NCBI GenBank assembly: GCA_002722525.1
Contig: PBMJ01000035.1
Span: 15 to 64,014, forward strand
Length of the DNA: 64,000 bases
Origin: Acidimicrobiaceae bacterium
GTDB taxonomy: Bacteria > Actinomycetota > Acidimicrobiia > Acidimicrobiales > UBA8592
Reading direction: 5' to 3'
Position numbers and translations under genes: made by a program. A model generated the notes under the pieces. It saw only the letters and a program-made list of their open reading frames with translations. It ran no database searches and was not told where the DNA came from. This document shows, piece by piece, positions 18,794 through 28,463 of the stretch (positions within the stretch are counted from its first letter, which is position 1; each line of letters begins with the position of its first letter).

Positions 18794-21254
18794 TTAGGGT
18801 GTTCCTCTCATCAACATTGAAATCGGATGTGATAGATAGCTCAGCATCTATATAGGAAATAAACTCATCAGAAAAGTCATATTCAATTCCGGCCATTTCA
18901 ATTAGAGTGTCATTTCTGCTCTTTACATCTCGATCTCTGGCTTCTGCAAGCAAAGGCATCAGGAATAGAATGGGCAGGGATGTCAGGATGAATACCCAAC
19001 CGTTATAGACCTCTATAACCCTAAAGAACCAACTCAAAATCATGAGAGAGCTTCCGCAGACTAATACAGTTCTATGATCCTTCTTTTTGAGGATTCGGAA
19101 GCCATCAAATATCTGACTGCCAACGCCACTTGGATTTCTACCCAAGCCTATTCCGGCCAATGCAGGTCCCAAGAGTAGAAAGAAATCTTGCAAGAATGTG
19201 AATAACCATCTGAAACTCCCCCAATCCTCAGCAAGTTTTCCCCAGAAATCTCCCATCACGATAAATGCACAAGCATAAATTATTCCGCCGAATAGAGCTC
19301 CACTTACATACCCGATTCCACCAACAACAGTAAGCATGAATAGGGCGAGTCCTTCCCAGATGGTAAATGGGTAATCTTCCTGAATCGTTCGAAGATTTGA
19401 TGCATGCAATGCACCACCGAACCCAGCAATCGCTGCAGCTAACGTAAATACCGACAGTTTAAGACGACGCATGTTCATTCCAAGAGTTGCACATGCAGCT
19501 GGACTGTCCTTCATCGCTGTTAATTGTCGACCATACGAGCTTTTTCGCAACTGAATTAAAGCAACAGAAAATATGCAGAAAATTATTGACACGAATATGA
19601 GCATCGCCCATTGTTTCTCGGCAAAATTTATGCGCCAAAAGTTAGGGCGCGGAATATTTAATGCACCATTGTTAAAAATGTTGATGGACACGTCTTCGTT
19701 ATCTCCTATTAATGGGATATCGAATGTAAGCGTTTCTCTCTGTTTGTAAACCATTCTGTCAACAAAGATTGCAAATGCGAATGTCGCCAAGGCCAGATAA
19801 AGTCCTCGTAACCTCAGTGCTGGAAGGGCGACGACAGCACCAATTGAACCTGATATTAGAGCTGCAACTACTAATCCAGACAGAGACATACTCTCTCTGC
19901 TAGCTATCCCTGTTCCGGTCGTTCCGTCGAAGAAAACAACAAGTATGAAAACAATAAAAGCAAAACTAACTACGGCGAAGAACAAACGACTCCTTACGAG
20001 GCCAAATGCGGGAAAAACGAGAACACCAAAGGAAATAGCAAGAAGAACGATTAGAGTCGCGAATCCCGGCCCCGTTTCGACCGCAGAACCTACATCAAAT
20101 TGAAAAGCTGATATTGCTCCGATACCAGCAAAAGCTAATGGCGCTAAATTTAATTCACCGGCGTAGCCGGTGAGAAGGACCATAGATAAGGCGATTATTC
20201 CCATGGTCAAACCACGGGTAAGTAAAGATTCCCACTTATCTGTAATAATCAAGCTCAAAGCTGAAACTACTACTACAAATATGGAGCTCCATACAAGTGA
20301 TGCCTGAATAGATGGAACTGCAAATCGTTCGCGGATAGTTGCTGCATGGCTCCCACGAAGTTTTTCTTGCGGCAACAGTAAAAGAACGAAAAAGAGTATA
20401 ACAACGGGCAATGTTGTTCTTAGTTCCGAAAGCCAAGGCCACTTTTGTCCGGTACTTGATATCCAATTCCAATATGAAACTGAAAGTCCAATTACAAGTC
20501 CTCCGATAAATGTGAGAGGCAGATTTCTTAATTTTCCGAAGATGGCAGCTGCATATGCATTTACTACAAGCAACGTAAGAGCTAATACTCCCAATCCACC
20601 AAGTAGTGGTGAAATCAAGACACCAGCAACCGCCGCTAATATTGATCCAATTGCCCAGCTTTGTAATGCAGCTCGGTTGGGGCGACCACCATTGAGTTCG
20701 ACGAGACTTGTATTATCAACGACAGCTCGCATTGTGATACCGATTTTTGTCTTGAATAGTAAAAATCTTAAAGCAACAGCTAATAGAACTGCGACGATCA
20801 CGATTATTGTTTGATGCCATGTGATGTAGGCATCGCCAATTGACCACTTGGCGTTCCTTCCGAAGAAGGGTTTTGGAATTCTCTGTTCAGCTCCTTGCCA
20901 TACCCAATTCGCAATTCCGATAAAGCCAAGCATCACTGCGATAGGTATAACTAGTTTCGTCGTTTCACTTGTCGCTTCTAAGCCTCGCATTACAACTATC
21001 TGCAGGATTATTCCAATTATTGGTGCTGCGACAAAAAGAACGAATAGCAACGCTATCGGCGCCGGCCAGCTTCCTCCCCAACCGTCGTCCCACCTTAATT
21101 GCCAATAGAGAAAGGCAGAGAACATACCTATCGCCCCATGCGCGAAATTGAAAATACCTGAAGTGGTGTAAGTAACAACTAAGCCTGCTGAAGCAATCGA
21201 ATATATTGCCCCTGTAGCTAAACCTACGACCGTAAAAGTGATGAATTCGGTCAT
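18786..21254 (-). CDS. Fused LivH-LivM-type ABC permease
   Basis: GLVVTYTTSGIFNFAHG (LivH-like), then LLTGYAGELNL, LRLRGLYLALATFAF, AMKDSPAACATLG (LivM-like). Confidence 0.9.
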   Translation of the reverse strand: MTEFITFTVVGLATGAIYSIASAGLVVTYTTSGIFNFAHGAIGMFSAFLYWQLRWDDGWGGSWPAPIALLFVLFVAAPIIGIILQIVVMRGLEATSETTKLVIPIAVMLGFIGIANWVWQGAEQRIPKPFFGRNAKWSIGDAYITWHQTIIVIVAVLLAVALRFLLFKTKIGITMRAVVDNTSLVELNGGRPNRAALQSWAIGSILAAVAGVLISPLLGGLGVLALTLLVVNAYAAAIFGKLRNLPLTFIGGLVIGLSVSYWNWISSTGQKWPWLSELRTTLPVVILFFVLLLLPQEKLRGSHAATIRERFAVPSIQASLVWSSIFVVVVSALSLIITDKWESLLTRGLTMGIIALSMVLLTGYAGELNLAPLAFAGIGAISAFQFDVGSAVETGPGFATLIVLLAISFGVLVFPAFGLVRSRLFFAVVSFAFIVFILVVFFDGTTGTGIASRESMSLSGLVVAALISGSIGAVVALPALRLRGLYLALATFAFAIFVDRMVYKQRETLTFDIPLIGDNEDVSINIFNNGALNIPRPNFWRINFAEKQWAMLIFVSIIFCIFSVALIQLRKSSYGRQLTAMKDSPAACATLGMNMRRLKLSVFTLAAAIAGFGGALHASNLRTIQEDYPFTIWEGLALFMLTVVGGIGYVSGALFGGIIYACAFIVMGDFWGKLAEDWGSFRWLFTFLQDFFLLLGPALAGIGLGRNPSGVGSQIFDGFRILKKKDHRTVLVCGSSLMILSWFFRVIEVYNGWVFILTSLPILFLMPLLAEARDRDVKSRNDTLIEMAGIEYDFSDEFISYIDAELSITSDFNVDERNTLNE

Positions 21255-21271
21255 CAATTATCTTCGTACTC

Positions 21272-22774
21272 TCAATCTGTAAATTGATGCGAAACTCGAT
21301 TTTCATCAAGCTTTGCTTGTTCGCTCCATTCAGTTGTGAACGATGAAGACCATGACTCATCACATACATAGGTCCCGGGTTCCTCAGGGAACACCCGCCT
21401 GTATGAATCATTGACCAGCTCCATTACCAGTCCACATGGAGGTGTCTCGTTAACGCCAGGATCACTTGGAACGTGTAGCCCCCCTCCCGTCCATTCATCG
21501 ATAGCATCCGCTTCGTTAAGTACGCACTCTCGAGTCAAATCAGATCCGCATGCCTTTGCTGCAGTGGCCCAAAGCATAAATGCAGACGCAGTTTGCATTC
21601 CAAGTAACGCTACTTCACCTCCACTGGCATCCATGATCTTTAGGTAGTCGTCTACAGCTTTAGAAGCATTTCTTTCTTCAAAAGGAATATATGCGCTCCT
21701 TATGAATGTTCCATTCATTACTCCGTCACTATTAGCTCGCCGGCAAGAGTCTTCGTAAAAGTTTGGATCAACGGAGTAGATAGCTTCGAAATTATTAACA
21801 GCTGCAGATGCTCTAAACGCTTGGTAGTTGGGTAAGCAAGTTCCTGTGAAATATACATGCTTAATATCAGAGTCTTTCAATGACAAGATGAAAGGTGTCC
21901 AGTCATCTTCACCGTTAATGTTATATTCCAGATTCTTTTCGAATTCGAAACCAATTTGGGGATAGGAAGCTAGTACCTTATCCTTATTTTCTATTGTCGC
22001 ACCAAAGTTCCCGTAGACAGTTGCTGAAGCAGTTATAGAGTCGGGGTAATTGTCTGAAATCCAAGCGGCGATTGACAAAGACATACGGTCAGCAGGATTT
22101 GGAACCGGTTGTATCATCCATGGACCATGCGCAGCAGCAGCCGAAACAGTCCATGCGGGAATATGTGCAAGTTCGCACTGGACTCTAGATTCTTCACCGA
22201 AGCCATCTACTGCGAATCCCTCACCGACCATCATGAACATCCGCGGGCAAGCATCTAGCCAAACTGACGAGACTTCAAAGATTTTTGCGTCGTAGAGCTC
22301 AACAATTATTTCCCTTCCTAGGATTCCTCCCATTTCATTGCATGTATCTACAAATGCTTGGATCGTATCGGTTTGCGTAATATTAAGACCAAGTGAGCCA
22401 ACAAATCCTCGATCATCTCCACCGCCGATAAGAATACTTTCATCTGTTACACCTTGATCAGTAGCGCCGTTTGCGGCACCTGGCCCGCATGGCCATTCGA
22501 GGTTGCCGAAGGTAGGTGCTTCTGGTTCAGGCGGAGGCGTTTCTTCTGCATCATTAGTGGTTTGGGTTTCTGCATCTTCACTATTGCTTTCGTCAGTCTC
22601 TTGGGTGGCCGTACTTTGATTTTCATTCGCTTGCGTGACGCTGCTAGAAGTATTTGTCTCTGAACTACTAGAGCTCGCAACTCTTTCACTTCCACCGCAA
22701 CTCGAAGTGACTAGTGCTATTGCGATAAAGGTCGATAGTAATTTAAGCAAAAGTCTCATGTAGCCCCCAGACAT
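21272..22774 (-). CDS. ABC substrate-binding lipoprotein (periplasmic binding protein type I)
   Basis: Lipobox TSSC, Ser/Thr/Glu linker, GVTDESILIG, CNEMGGILGREI; first gene of the ABC operon. Confidence 0.85.
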   Translation of the reverse strand: MSGGYMRLLLKLLSTFIAIALVTSSCGGSERVASSSSSETNTSSSVTQANENQSTATQETDESNSEDAETQTTNDAEETPPPEPEAPTFGNLEWPCGPGAANGATDQGVTDESILIGGGDDRGFVGSLGLNITQTDTIQAFVDTCNEMGGILGREIIVELYDAKIFEVSSVWLDACPRMFMMVGEGFAVDGFGEESRVQCELAHIPAWTVSAAAAHGPWMIQPVPNPADRMSLSIAAWISDNYPDSITASATVYGNFGATIENKDKVLASYPQIGFEFEKNLEYNINGEDDWTPFILSLKDSDIKHVYFTGTCLPNYQAFRASAAVNNFEAIYSVDPNFYEDSCRRANSDGVMNGTFIRSAYIPFEERNASKAVDDYLKIMDASGGEVALLGMQTASAFMLWATAAKACGSDLTRECVLNEADAIDEWTGGGLHVPSDPGVNETPPCGLVMELVNDSYRRVFPEEPGTYVCDESWSSSFTTEWSEQAKLDENRVSHQFTD

Positions 22775-22865
22775 TCAATTCACTGCACGTACATTACACT
22801 GATTTGGAGGCTAGGTCAGATTCAGTTGGGGTATCTTAACTATGTTTTCTGCTGCTGGATAGCAA

Positions 22866-23621
22866 TTAGTCTATTTGTCTTTTGCCATCGAGAAATTCTT
22901 GGCGTGCTCTCTGGCCTTCACCTGCTAGATTCAGTTGAAACGTAAAGCCTTGTTCGTACCGATAGCTTCTGTTTACATCTTGGGTGTCAATACCGATTGC
23001 AGAACGTTTTGCAGTCCGGATCGTAAGTGGATTCTTAGAAGCTATTTTGGAAGCGAGTTCAAGAGAAGTCGAATCCAATTCCTCTGGAATAACGTGTTTA
23101 TATATCGTTCCATATCCGTGCAGTTCTTCAGCAGTCGCAGTTTCACAGGTGTAGAGCATTTGTCTAGCTCTCTGACGGGGAACAAGTCGTTCAAGATGTG
23201 TGAGAGCTCCAAGGGCACCGTTGTCTACTTCCGGCAGGCCAAATTGCGCCCCGGTAGAAGCAATTACGACATCTGAGCAACCTACAAGCCCAATTCCAGT
23301 TCCGAGGCAAAAATCATTAACAGACGCAATGACAGGAACAGCGCATTCATGAACAGCACGGAACGCTTGAAAGCAAGCTTCATTTATCTGAAGTATTCCT
23401 TCATGGCCTTCTTTCTCTTCAAGCTCTTTAATATCAACGCCAGCACAGAATCCTTTTCCAGTAGCAGTAATAATTAGGACTGAGATTTCAGGTTTGTGCC
23501 GAATCGAGTCACATATAGCGGCGATCTCGAACGTGTCATTGATATTGAGGGCGTTCACCGGTGGATTATCCATAATTACACGGAGTACTCCGTTACTGTG
23601 AGTGTCTAAATGAATTGTCAT
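22866..23621 (-). CDS. Enoyl-CoA hydratase/crotonase (EchA20-like)
   Basis: PPVNAL, FCAGVDIKE, FGLPEVDNGALG, SYRYEQGFTF. Confidence 0.85.
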   Translation of the reverse strand: MTIHLDTHSNGVLRVIMDNPPVNALNINDTFEIAAICDSIRHKPEISVLIITATGKGFCAGVDIKELEEKEGHEGILQINEACFQAFRAVHECAVPVIASVNDFCLGTGIGLVGCSDVVIASTGAQFGLPEVDNGALGALTHLERLVPRQRARQMLYTCETATAEELHGYGTIYKHVIPEELDSTSLELASKIASKNPLTIRTAKRSAIGIDTQDVNRSYRYEQGFTFQLNLAGEGQRARQEFLDGKRQID

Positions 23622-23622
23622 A

Positions 23623-24819
23623 CTACCTCCTTGCTACTACAGAACTTCCATGGCCGAACATTCCGTAGTTAATTGACATGCCGACTTCCGGATTAACTAC
23701 TTGTCTATCTCCTGCTTCACCCCTGAGTTGCCAAGTTAGCTCACACACTTGAGCAATCGCTTGGGCGGGTATTGCTTCACCAAATGCTCCCAATCCACCA
23801 GATGGGTTAACTGGTATTCGGCCTCCGATAGATGTATCACCGCTATGGAGCAGTTCTCTAGCTTTTCCAGCTTCGCAAAGCCCAATATGCTCATACCAAT
23901 CCATTTCGTATGCAGAGCTAAGGTCATAAACTTCTGCGAAATCTAAATCTCTTGCTGAAACTCCTGCCTCAGCGAACGCGTGTTGTGCTATTTGGTTTTT
24001 AAATGTATGTGAGGGATCACCAGAAACAGCCCATGAATCTGAAGCGAGATATGGCATGTCTATAATTGCATTTGGGTAAGTCGGTCCAACTGTAGAGATT
24101 CCCGATATTTTCACAGGGTCCGTTATGCCTTTTTGCTTTGCATATTTCAGGCTAGAAACTACAAGAGCCGCTCCCCCATCGCTTGTTGTACATATTTCTA
24201 GCAGTCGAAGTGGGTCTGCGACGATAGGAGACGCTTCAATATCCTCGTTTGTGAATGTTTTGGTAAATCGTGCATTGGGATTTTTTGATCCGTGAAGAGA
24301 GTTTTTAACTTTTACAGCAGCGAAGTCCTCTTCTGTATCTCCGTATAAAGCCATTCTTCTTCTAGCGAATAATCCAAAGTAAGCAGGATTTGAAAGGCCG
24401 AGCAGCCGAAATCGCAACCAGTCAACATCTTGGGGGCGGTCACCAGGGACAGGTGCGAACATGCCTTTTGGAACCTGGTCGGCACCCACAACAAGAGCAA
24501 CATCGCAAATTCCAGAAAGGATCTGTGCACGCGCGATAGATAATGCGGTTACGCCTGAAGCGCAAGCAGCATAGCTTGATGCGAGCTGAGCTCCTTGAAA
24601 ACCAAGTGCATTTGCAAACGTAGAGGCAGAAACCCATCCAGGGTAGCCGTTACGGACGGTGTTGGCTCCTGAGACAAATTGGATCTCATCCCAATCTACA
24701 TCCGCATCTTTGAGTGCTGATCTCGCAGCATGGACACCGAGATCAACGAACGATTTTCCAACAAATTTACCCCATGGGTGCATTCCAGCACCAAGTATGG
24801 CTATTTCTCCTACGCTCAT
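23623..24819 (-). CDS. SCP2-type thiolase / lipid-transfer protein
   Basis: GAGMHPWGKF, YAACASG, KVKNSLHG, SDGGAA, EVYD, PVNPSGGL. Confidence 0.88.
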   Translation of the reverse strand: MSVGEIAILGAGMHPWGKFVGKSFVDLGVHAARSALKDADVDWDEIQFVSGANTVRNGYPGWVSASTFANALGFQGAQLASSYAACASGVTALSIARAQILSGICDVALVVGADQVPKGMFAPVPGDRPQDVDWLRFRLLGLSNPAYFGLFARRRMALYGDTEEDFAAVKVKNSLHGSKNPNARFTKTFTNEDIEASPIVADPLRLLEICTTSDGGAALVVSSLKYAKQKGITDPVKISGISTVGPTYPNAIIDMPYLASDSWAVSGDPSHTFKNQIAQHAFAEAGVSARDLDFAEVYDLSSAYEMDWYEHIGLCEAGKARELLHSGDTSIGGRIPVNPSGGLGAFGEAIPAQAIAQVCELTWQLRGEAGDRQVVNPEVGMSINYGMFGHGSSVVARR

Positions 24820-25262
24820 TCGCGTCCCCTTCTAAAAGGTTCCCATTTCCAAACCATATATTGATATTCATCATCTTCATACAAAACATCTAAAGCGACT
24901 TGAACTTCCATACCGACCTGCATATCTCTAATTTGAATGCCGGGCATCATCTGGCCGCAAACGACCATACTTTCTTTTTCTAATTCCACGGCTGCAATTA
25001 CAAACGGTTTGAATGGCTCGTCAGTTATAAGATACGGAAGGGCAGGAGGGTAATCAGCTGAGGTGTAGCTCCAAACTTTACCCTGTCTAGTAAGAGCGAC
25101 CTCCTCCCTATCCTCATTTGCTGGAGCTTCTGGGTCATTTCCTCCTAAATCCTTAGGAAAGTAATAACTCCCAGACGTCTTAGACCTTCCGCCAATCAAG
25201 GCGGGGGCATCAGGGTCCATGGTAAACATTCCTTCTACGGCTGGCACTTTCTTCTTACCCAT
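24816..25262 (-). CDS. DUF35 OB-fold protein (thiolase partner), lacking Zn-ribbon cysteines
   Basis: GKVWSYT...YPP, IAAVEL, VVCGQ, GMEVQV; coupled to the thiolase by a 4-nt overlap. Confidence 0.85.
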   Translation of the reverse strand: MGKKKVPAVEGMFTMDPDAPALIGGRSKTSGSYYFPKDLGGNDPEAPANEDREEVALTRQGKVWSYTSADYPPALPYLITDEPFKPFVIAAVELEKESMVVCGQMMPGIQIRDMQVGMEVQVALDVLYEDDEYQYMVWKWEPFRRGRE

Positions 25263-25332
25263 ATCCGCATTCTAGAGGCACTTCAGGCGGCTTTTTGTGA
25301 CTTTGCGTTATCAAGTCTTGTAGAATCTAACA

Positions 25333-26139
25333 GTGAAAGTTGAGACTCTCGTCGTTACTGACTTAGATGGTACTTTGTGGTTCGATGGAGAAGAGTGCCA
25401 CCCCTCTTCATTGACAGCAATTGACGAACTAAAAAAAAGAGGGATTCCCCTATTAATAGCTACTGGTCGACGTCTAAGAAGTGTGACCGATGCTTTCAAA
25501 CGCTACAAGCTCAGTAATCAAGCAGTCCTTCTAAATGGATCTCTTGGTTATTGTTTTGAGACATCTTCGAACTTTTTCCTTCAAGAATTCCCAATAGAAA
25601 GTGAGTTACGAATTAAAGAGATCTTTAATGATTGCTCTCTATCTCCCTGTTTCTACGCAGACGATAGCTATGTTTACGTCTCTTCGCCAACAACTAGTAA
25701 AGGTCATCTTGAAGTAATCGGTGCTGACCTAGTCGAAATTGATGATTTGGATCTATTTCCTGCAGATAAAAAGATTTTAAGTTTTTGCATACTTGGTATC
25801 GATAAGTCTTATCTAGAGAGAGCAGCAAATATTATTTCTAGAGAATCTTTAGGGACAGTCGCTTATTATGAAGACAGGCTATTTGGGAAACACTCCATGA
25901 TGGTTCAGCCGCCATCTACATCAAAGTGGACCGGCGTAGTAAACTGGTGTGACTACTTCGATATTCAGCCTTCCAAAATCATTGCTATTGGAGATGCGGG
26001 CAATGACAGAGAACTATTAGAAGGTGCAGATGTATCGGTGGTAGTAGAAAGATCGGAACAATATTTACTTGAAATGGCAGATTACGTTATACCTCCCCCA
26101 TCAAAGGGTGGTTGGGCCAACGTGCTAAATCTAATTTAG
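25333..26139 (+). CDS. Cof-type HAD hydrolase (subfamily IIB)
   Basis: DLDGTL, ATGR, SKWTG, GDAGND. Confidence 0.9.
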   Translation: MKVETLVVTDLDGTLWFDGEECHPSSLTAIDELKKRGIPLLIATGRRLRSVTDAFKRYKLSNQAVLLNGSLGYCFETSSNFFLQEFPIESELRIKEIFNDCSLSPCFYADDSYVYVSSPTTSKGHLEVIGADLVEIDDLDLFPADKKILSFCILGIDKSYLERAANIISRESLGTVAYYEDRLFGKHSMMVQPPSTSKWTGVVNWCDYFDIQPSKIIAIGDAGNDRELLEGADVSVVVERSEQYLLEMADYVIPPPSKGGWANVLNLI

Positions 26140-26149
26140 TGAACAGAAA

Positions 26150-26956
26150 CTAAAAATCGTTTTCTTGATCAGCTAGCCATTCTTTCTTCACTTCTCGCCA
26201 AGCTTCATCTGTATGATTTCTTCGCCAATAAGGAGAAATTGAAGCGGTTTCAGGGTCAACTTGTTTTTCACTTAACAAGTACTTTCGTAACTCTCGAACT
26301 TCACCTGCTTCGCCATGGACGAAAACGTCGAAAGTTCCCTTTAAGAAATCAAATTCTTTGATAGCAGTTAATAATAGTGTCGAAGGATCAGGTGCGTTTT
26401 TACGATGAAGCCACTTTACGTCAACAGTTGCGTCCGAGTGGAGTGGTACTTCGAATTCCGCACTGTCTACGACGAGAAATACCACACAGCGATCATTAGC
26501 GTTTAAGGTTTCAAGTGAAGCGCTAATTCCAGGAATTGCGGTTTCATCACCTGCAAAGAAGTGCCAATCGACATTTGGGTTAGGAGAATAGCTGCCATTT
26601 GGTCCTTTAAACTGAAGTCTGTCTCCTTGATTAGCTCGTTTTGCCCAAGGTCCGGCGTATCCGCTATCACCATGAACAACGAAGTCTATAGTGAGTATCT
26701 TTGCGTCGTTATCCCATTTACGGACTGTAAAACGTCTCGGTCTAGGCCGAAAGTCGTCACCCAGACCACGAACTTTATCTAGGTCAAACGGAATAGAATA
26801 AGGAGCATCAGCGGGAACGAAATAGCCGTTTATGTATTGGTCTGTGTACTCAGTTGGCTCAAAATCATCAAGTTCTCCACCAGCAAATTGCACCCGAATC
26901 ATGCCGGGAGTAATACGCTCTATGTCTATAACTTCTGCAAACATGTGGTCCTTCAA
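26150..26956 (-). CDS. Siderophore-interacting protein (FAD-binding reductase)
   Basis: ITPGMIRV, RRFTVR, DFVVHG, GDETAIP, GEAGEV, PYWR. Confidence 0.88.
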   Translation of the reverse strand: MKDHMFAEVIDIERITPGMIRVQFAGGELDDFEPTEYTDQYINGYFVPADAPYSIPFDLDKVRGLGDDFRPRPRRFTVRKWDNDAKILTIDFVVHGDSGYAGPWAKRANQGDRLQFKGPNGSYSPNPNVDWHFFAGDETAIPGISASLETLNANDRCVVFLVVDSAEFEVPLHSDATVDVKWLHRKNAPDPSTLLLTAIKEFDFLKGTFDVFVHGEAGEVRELRKYLLSEKQVDPETASISPYWRRNHTDEAWREVKKEWLADQENDF

Positions 26957-27101
26957 TCTCTGATTAACTTTAGTAATAAGTGTTGCGTGGGTCTATTTCT
27001 GATTATTACAATTATTCATTAGTTTTTTCTCCTTGATTTCACCATTTTTTCTTATCCCTATACCATCATTCCGTACGTAAAGATAAAGTCATGGAGGCGA
27101 G

Positions 27102-28202
27102 ATGTCGATTTCTTCCTGGGATGATTACCCTATTCATCAGACAGCAGAATACATTCGTCATCCGGCTACAAGTGATCGGAATTTCTACGACCGCTATTAC
27201 TTTAATATGCATGGATCTAGCGATGAAGTGATGGCAATTTTCGGAATCGGCCAATACCCTAATCTGGGTGTTGCCGATGGTTTCCTAGCGATTGGCACAA
27301 AGGAAGATCATCGGGTTATAAGAGCATCAAGACCGCTCCGCGATAGATCCAATCTAAAGGTTGGGCCCCTTGAGATTCAAATATTAGATCCATTAACTGC
27401 TATTAGATTTATCTGTGATGATAATGAATGGGGCGTAAGTATGGACGTCCAATGGGAAGCATCTCAGGCACCTTTAGAAGAACCAAGACAATATCTTAGA
27501 AGAGAAGGAAAAGTAGTGTTCGACACTCAGAGATTCGCCCAAATGGGACGGTGGACAGGAACTCTTTCAACACCAGACTCAACTTGGAATGCAACTCCGG
27601 ACAAGTGGGGTGGAAGCCGCGATCGCTCTTGGGGAATCAGGCCTGTCGGTGAAAAAGAATCAGACGGGATACGACAGGGCGTTTCAGTTATGGAAGGGCT
27701 CTGGAATTATTTCCCAGTAGATTTTGGGGATCACTCAATAATTTATATGCTGCAAGAAACTAATGAAGGTGTTCGCGAGCTGGAAGAAGCAATGCGCGTT
27801 TGGACAGATCCTTCTAAGCCAAATGAGTGGCTCGGCAGGCCGGAATATGAACACGATATGGTTCCTGGTACTCGAATGCTTAATGGCTCTGTGATTTCAT
27901 TTAGTGATTCAGATATTGTTATGAACTGCACTCCCCTCCTAGCAAACTTTGTAGCTATTGGAACAGGGTATGGCATTGAGGACGATTGGCGACATGGAAT
28001 GTACCAGGGTCCAGATCCTGTAGTACAGGGCCTTCATTATAAGGTTGAGGATATAAAAGGCATTGGACAATATGGGGTCGTCGATCATGTAGGAAAATTT
28101 GAATACGACGGTCAGGTGGGATATGGATTGTATGAGCATGGGTTCTGGGGTCGGTTCGAAAAATATGGCTTAAACGATAGGGCTGCTGTATTTCCTGAAT
28201 AG
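27102..28202 (+). CDS. Conserved hypothetical beta-rich protein (tocopherol-cyclase/AttH-like fold suspected)
   Basis: DDYPIHQ, NFYDRYYFN, GQYPN, RDRSWG.RP motifs; SD GGAGG. Confidence 0.7.
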   Translation: MSISSWDDYPIHQTAEYIRHPATSDRNFYDRYYFNMHGSSDEVMAIFGIGQYPNLGVADGFLAIGTKEDHRVIRASRPLRDRSNLKVGPLEIQILDPLTAIRFICDDNEWGVSMDVQWEASQAPLEEPRQYLRREGKVVFDTQRFAQMGRWTGTLSTPDSTWNATPDKWGGSRDRSWGIRPVGEKESDGIRQGVSVMEGLWNYFPVDFGDHSIIYMLQETNEGVRELEEAMRVWTDPSKPNEWLGRPEYEHDMVPGTRMLNGSVISFSDSDIVMNCTPLLANFVAIGTGYGIEDDWRHGMYQGPDPVVQGLHYKVEDIKGIGQYGVVDHVGKFEYDGQVGYGLYEHGFWGRFEKYGLNDRAAVFPE

Positions 28203-28224
28203 ATAGAATCATTTTCGAAAAGTC

Positions 28225-28260
28225 GTGACATTCTGTTATGAATCGAGCTAGTCTGACATT
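28225..28260 (+). promoter_or_regulatory. Sigma-70-type promoter of the gcvP leader
   Basis: GTGACA (28225-30)-N18-TAGTCT (28249-54); predicted TSS near 28261 at the riboswitch leader. Confidence 0.55.
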
Positions 28261-28435
28261 GGTCAATGATTGACTACGGGAGAGTTCAACTTAGTTGGCG
28301 CCGAAGGAGCAAGGGTCCCCCCGAAACTCTCAGGCAAAAGTACCGTTTAGATCGACCAATCTGGAAAGAATGTTTAGTCGTTCACCGAAGGGGAAAGGCA
28401 AAAGCCGAAGCTCTCAGGTAGTAAGACAGAGGGGG
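28261..28435 (+). ncRNA. Tandem glycine riboswitch
   Basis: Aptamer 1 GGAGAG...CGCCGAAGGAGCAA...AAACTCTCAGGCAAAAG; aptamer 2 CTGGAAAG...CACCGAAGGGGAAA...AGCTCTCAGGT...ACAGAG; leader GGTC (28261) can pair with linker GACC (28354); upstream of gcvP. Confidence 0.95.
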
Positions 28436-28463
28436 ACATAACTCTTGGCATCGAAAGGAAGTT

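Noticed and set aside
25310-25322. ATCAAGTCTTGTA resembling a KstR2 operator (AnCAAGnnCTTGnT) upstream of the DUF35-thiolase-crotonase operon
   Set aside because: Spacer is 1 nt rather than 2, the right flank mismatches, and no TetR regulator is nearby.
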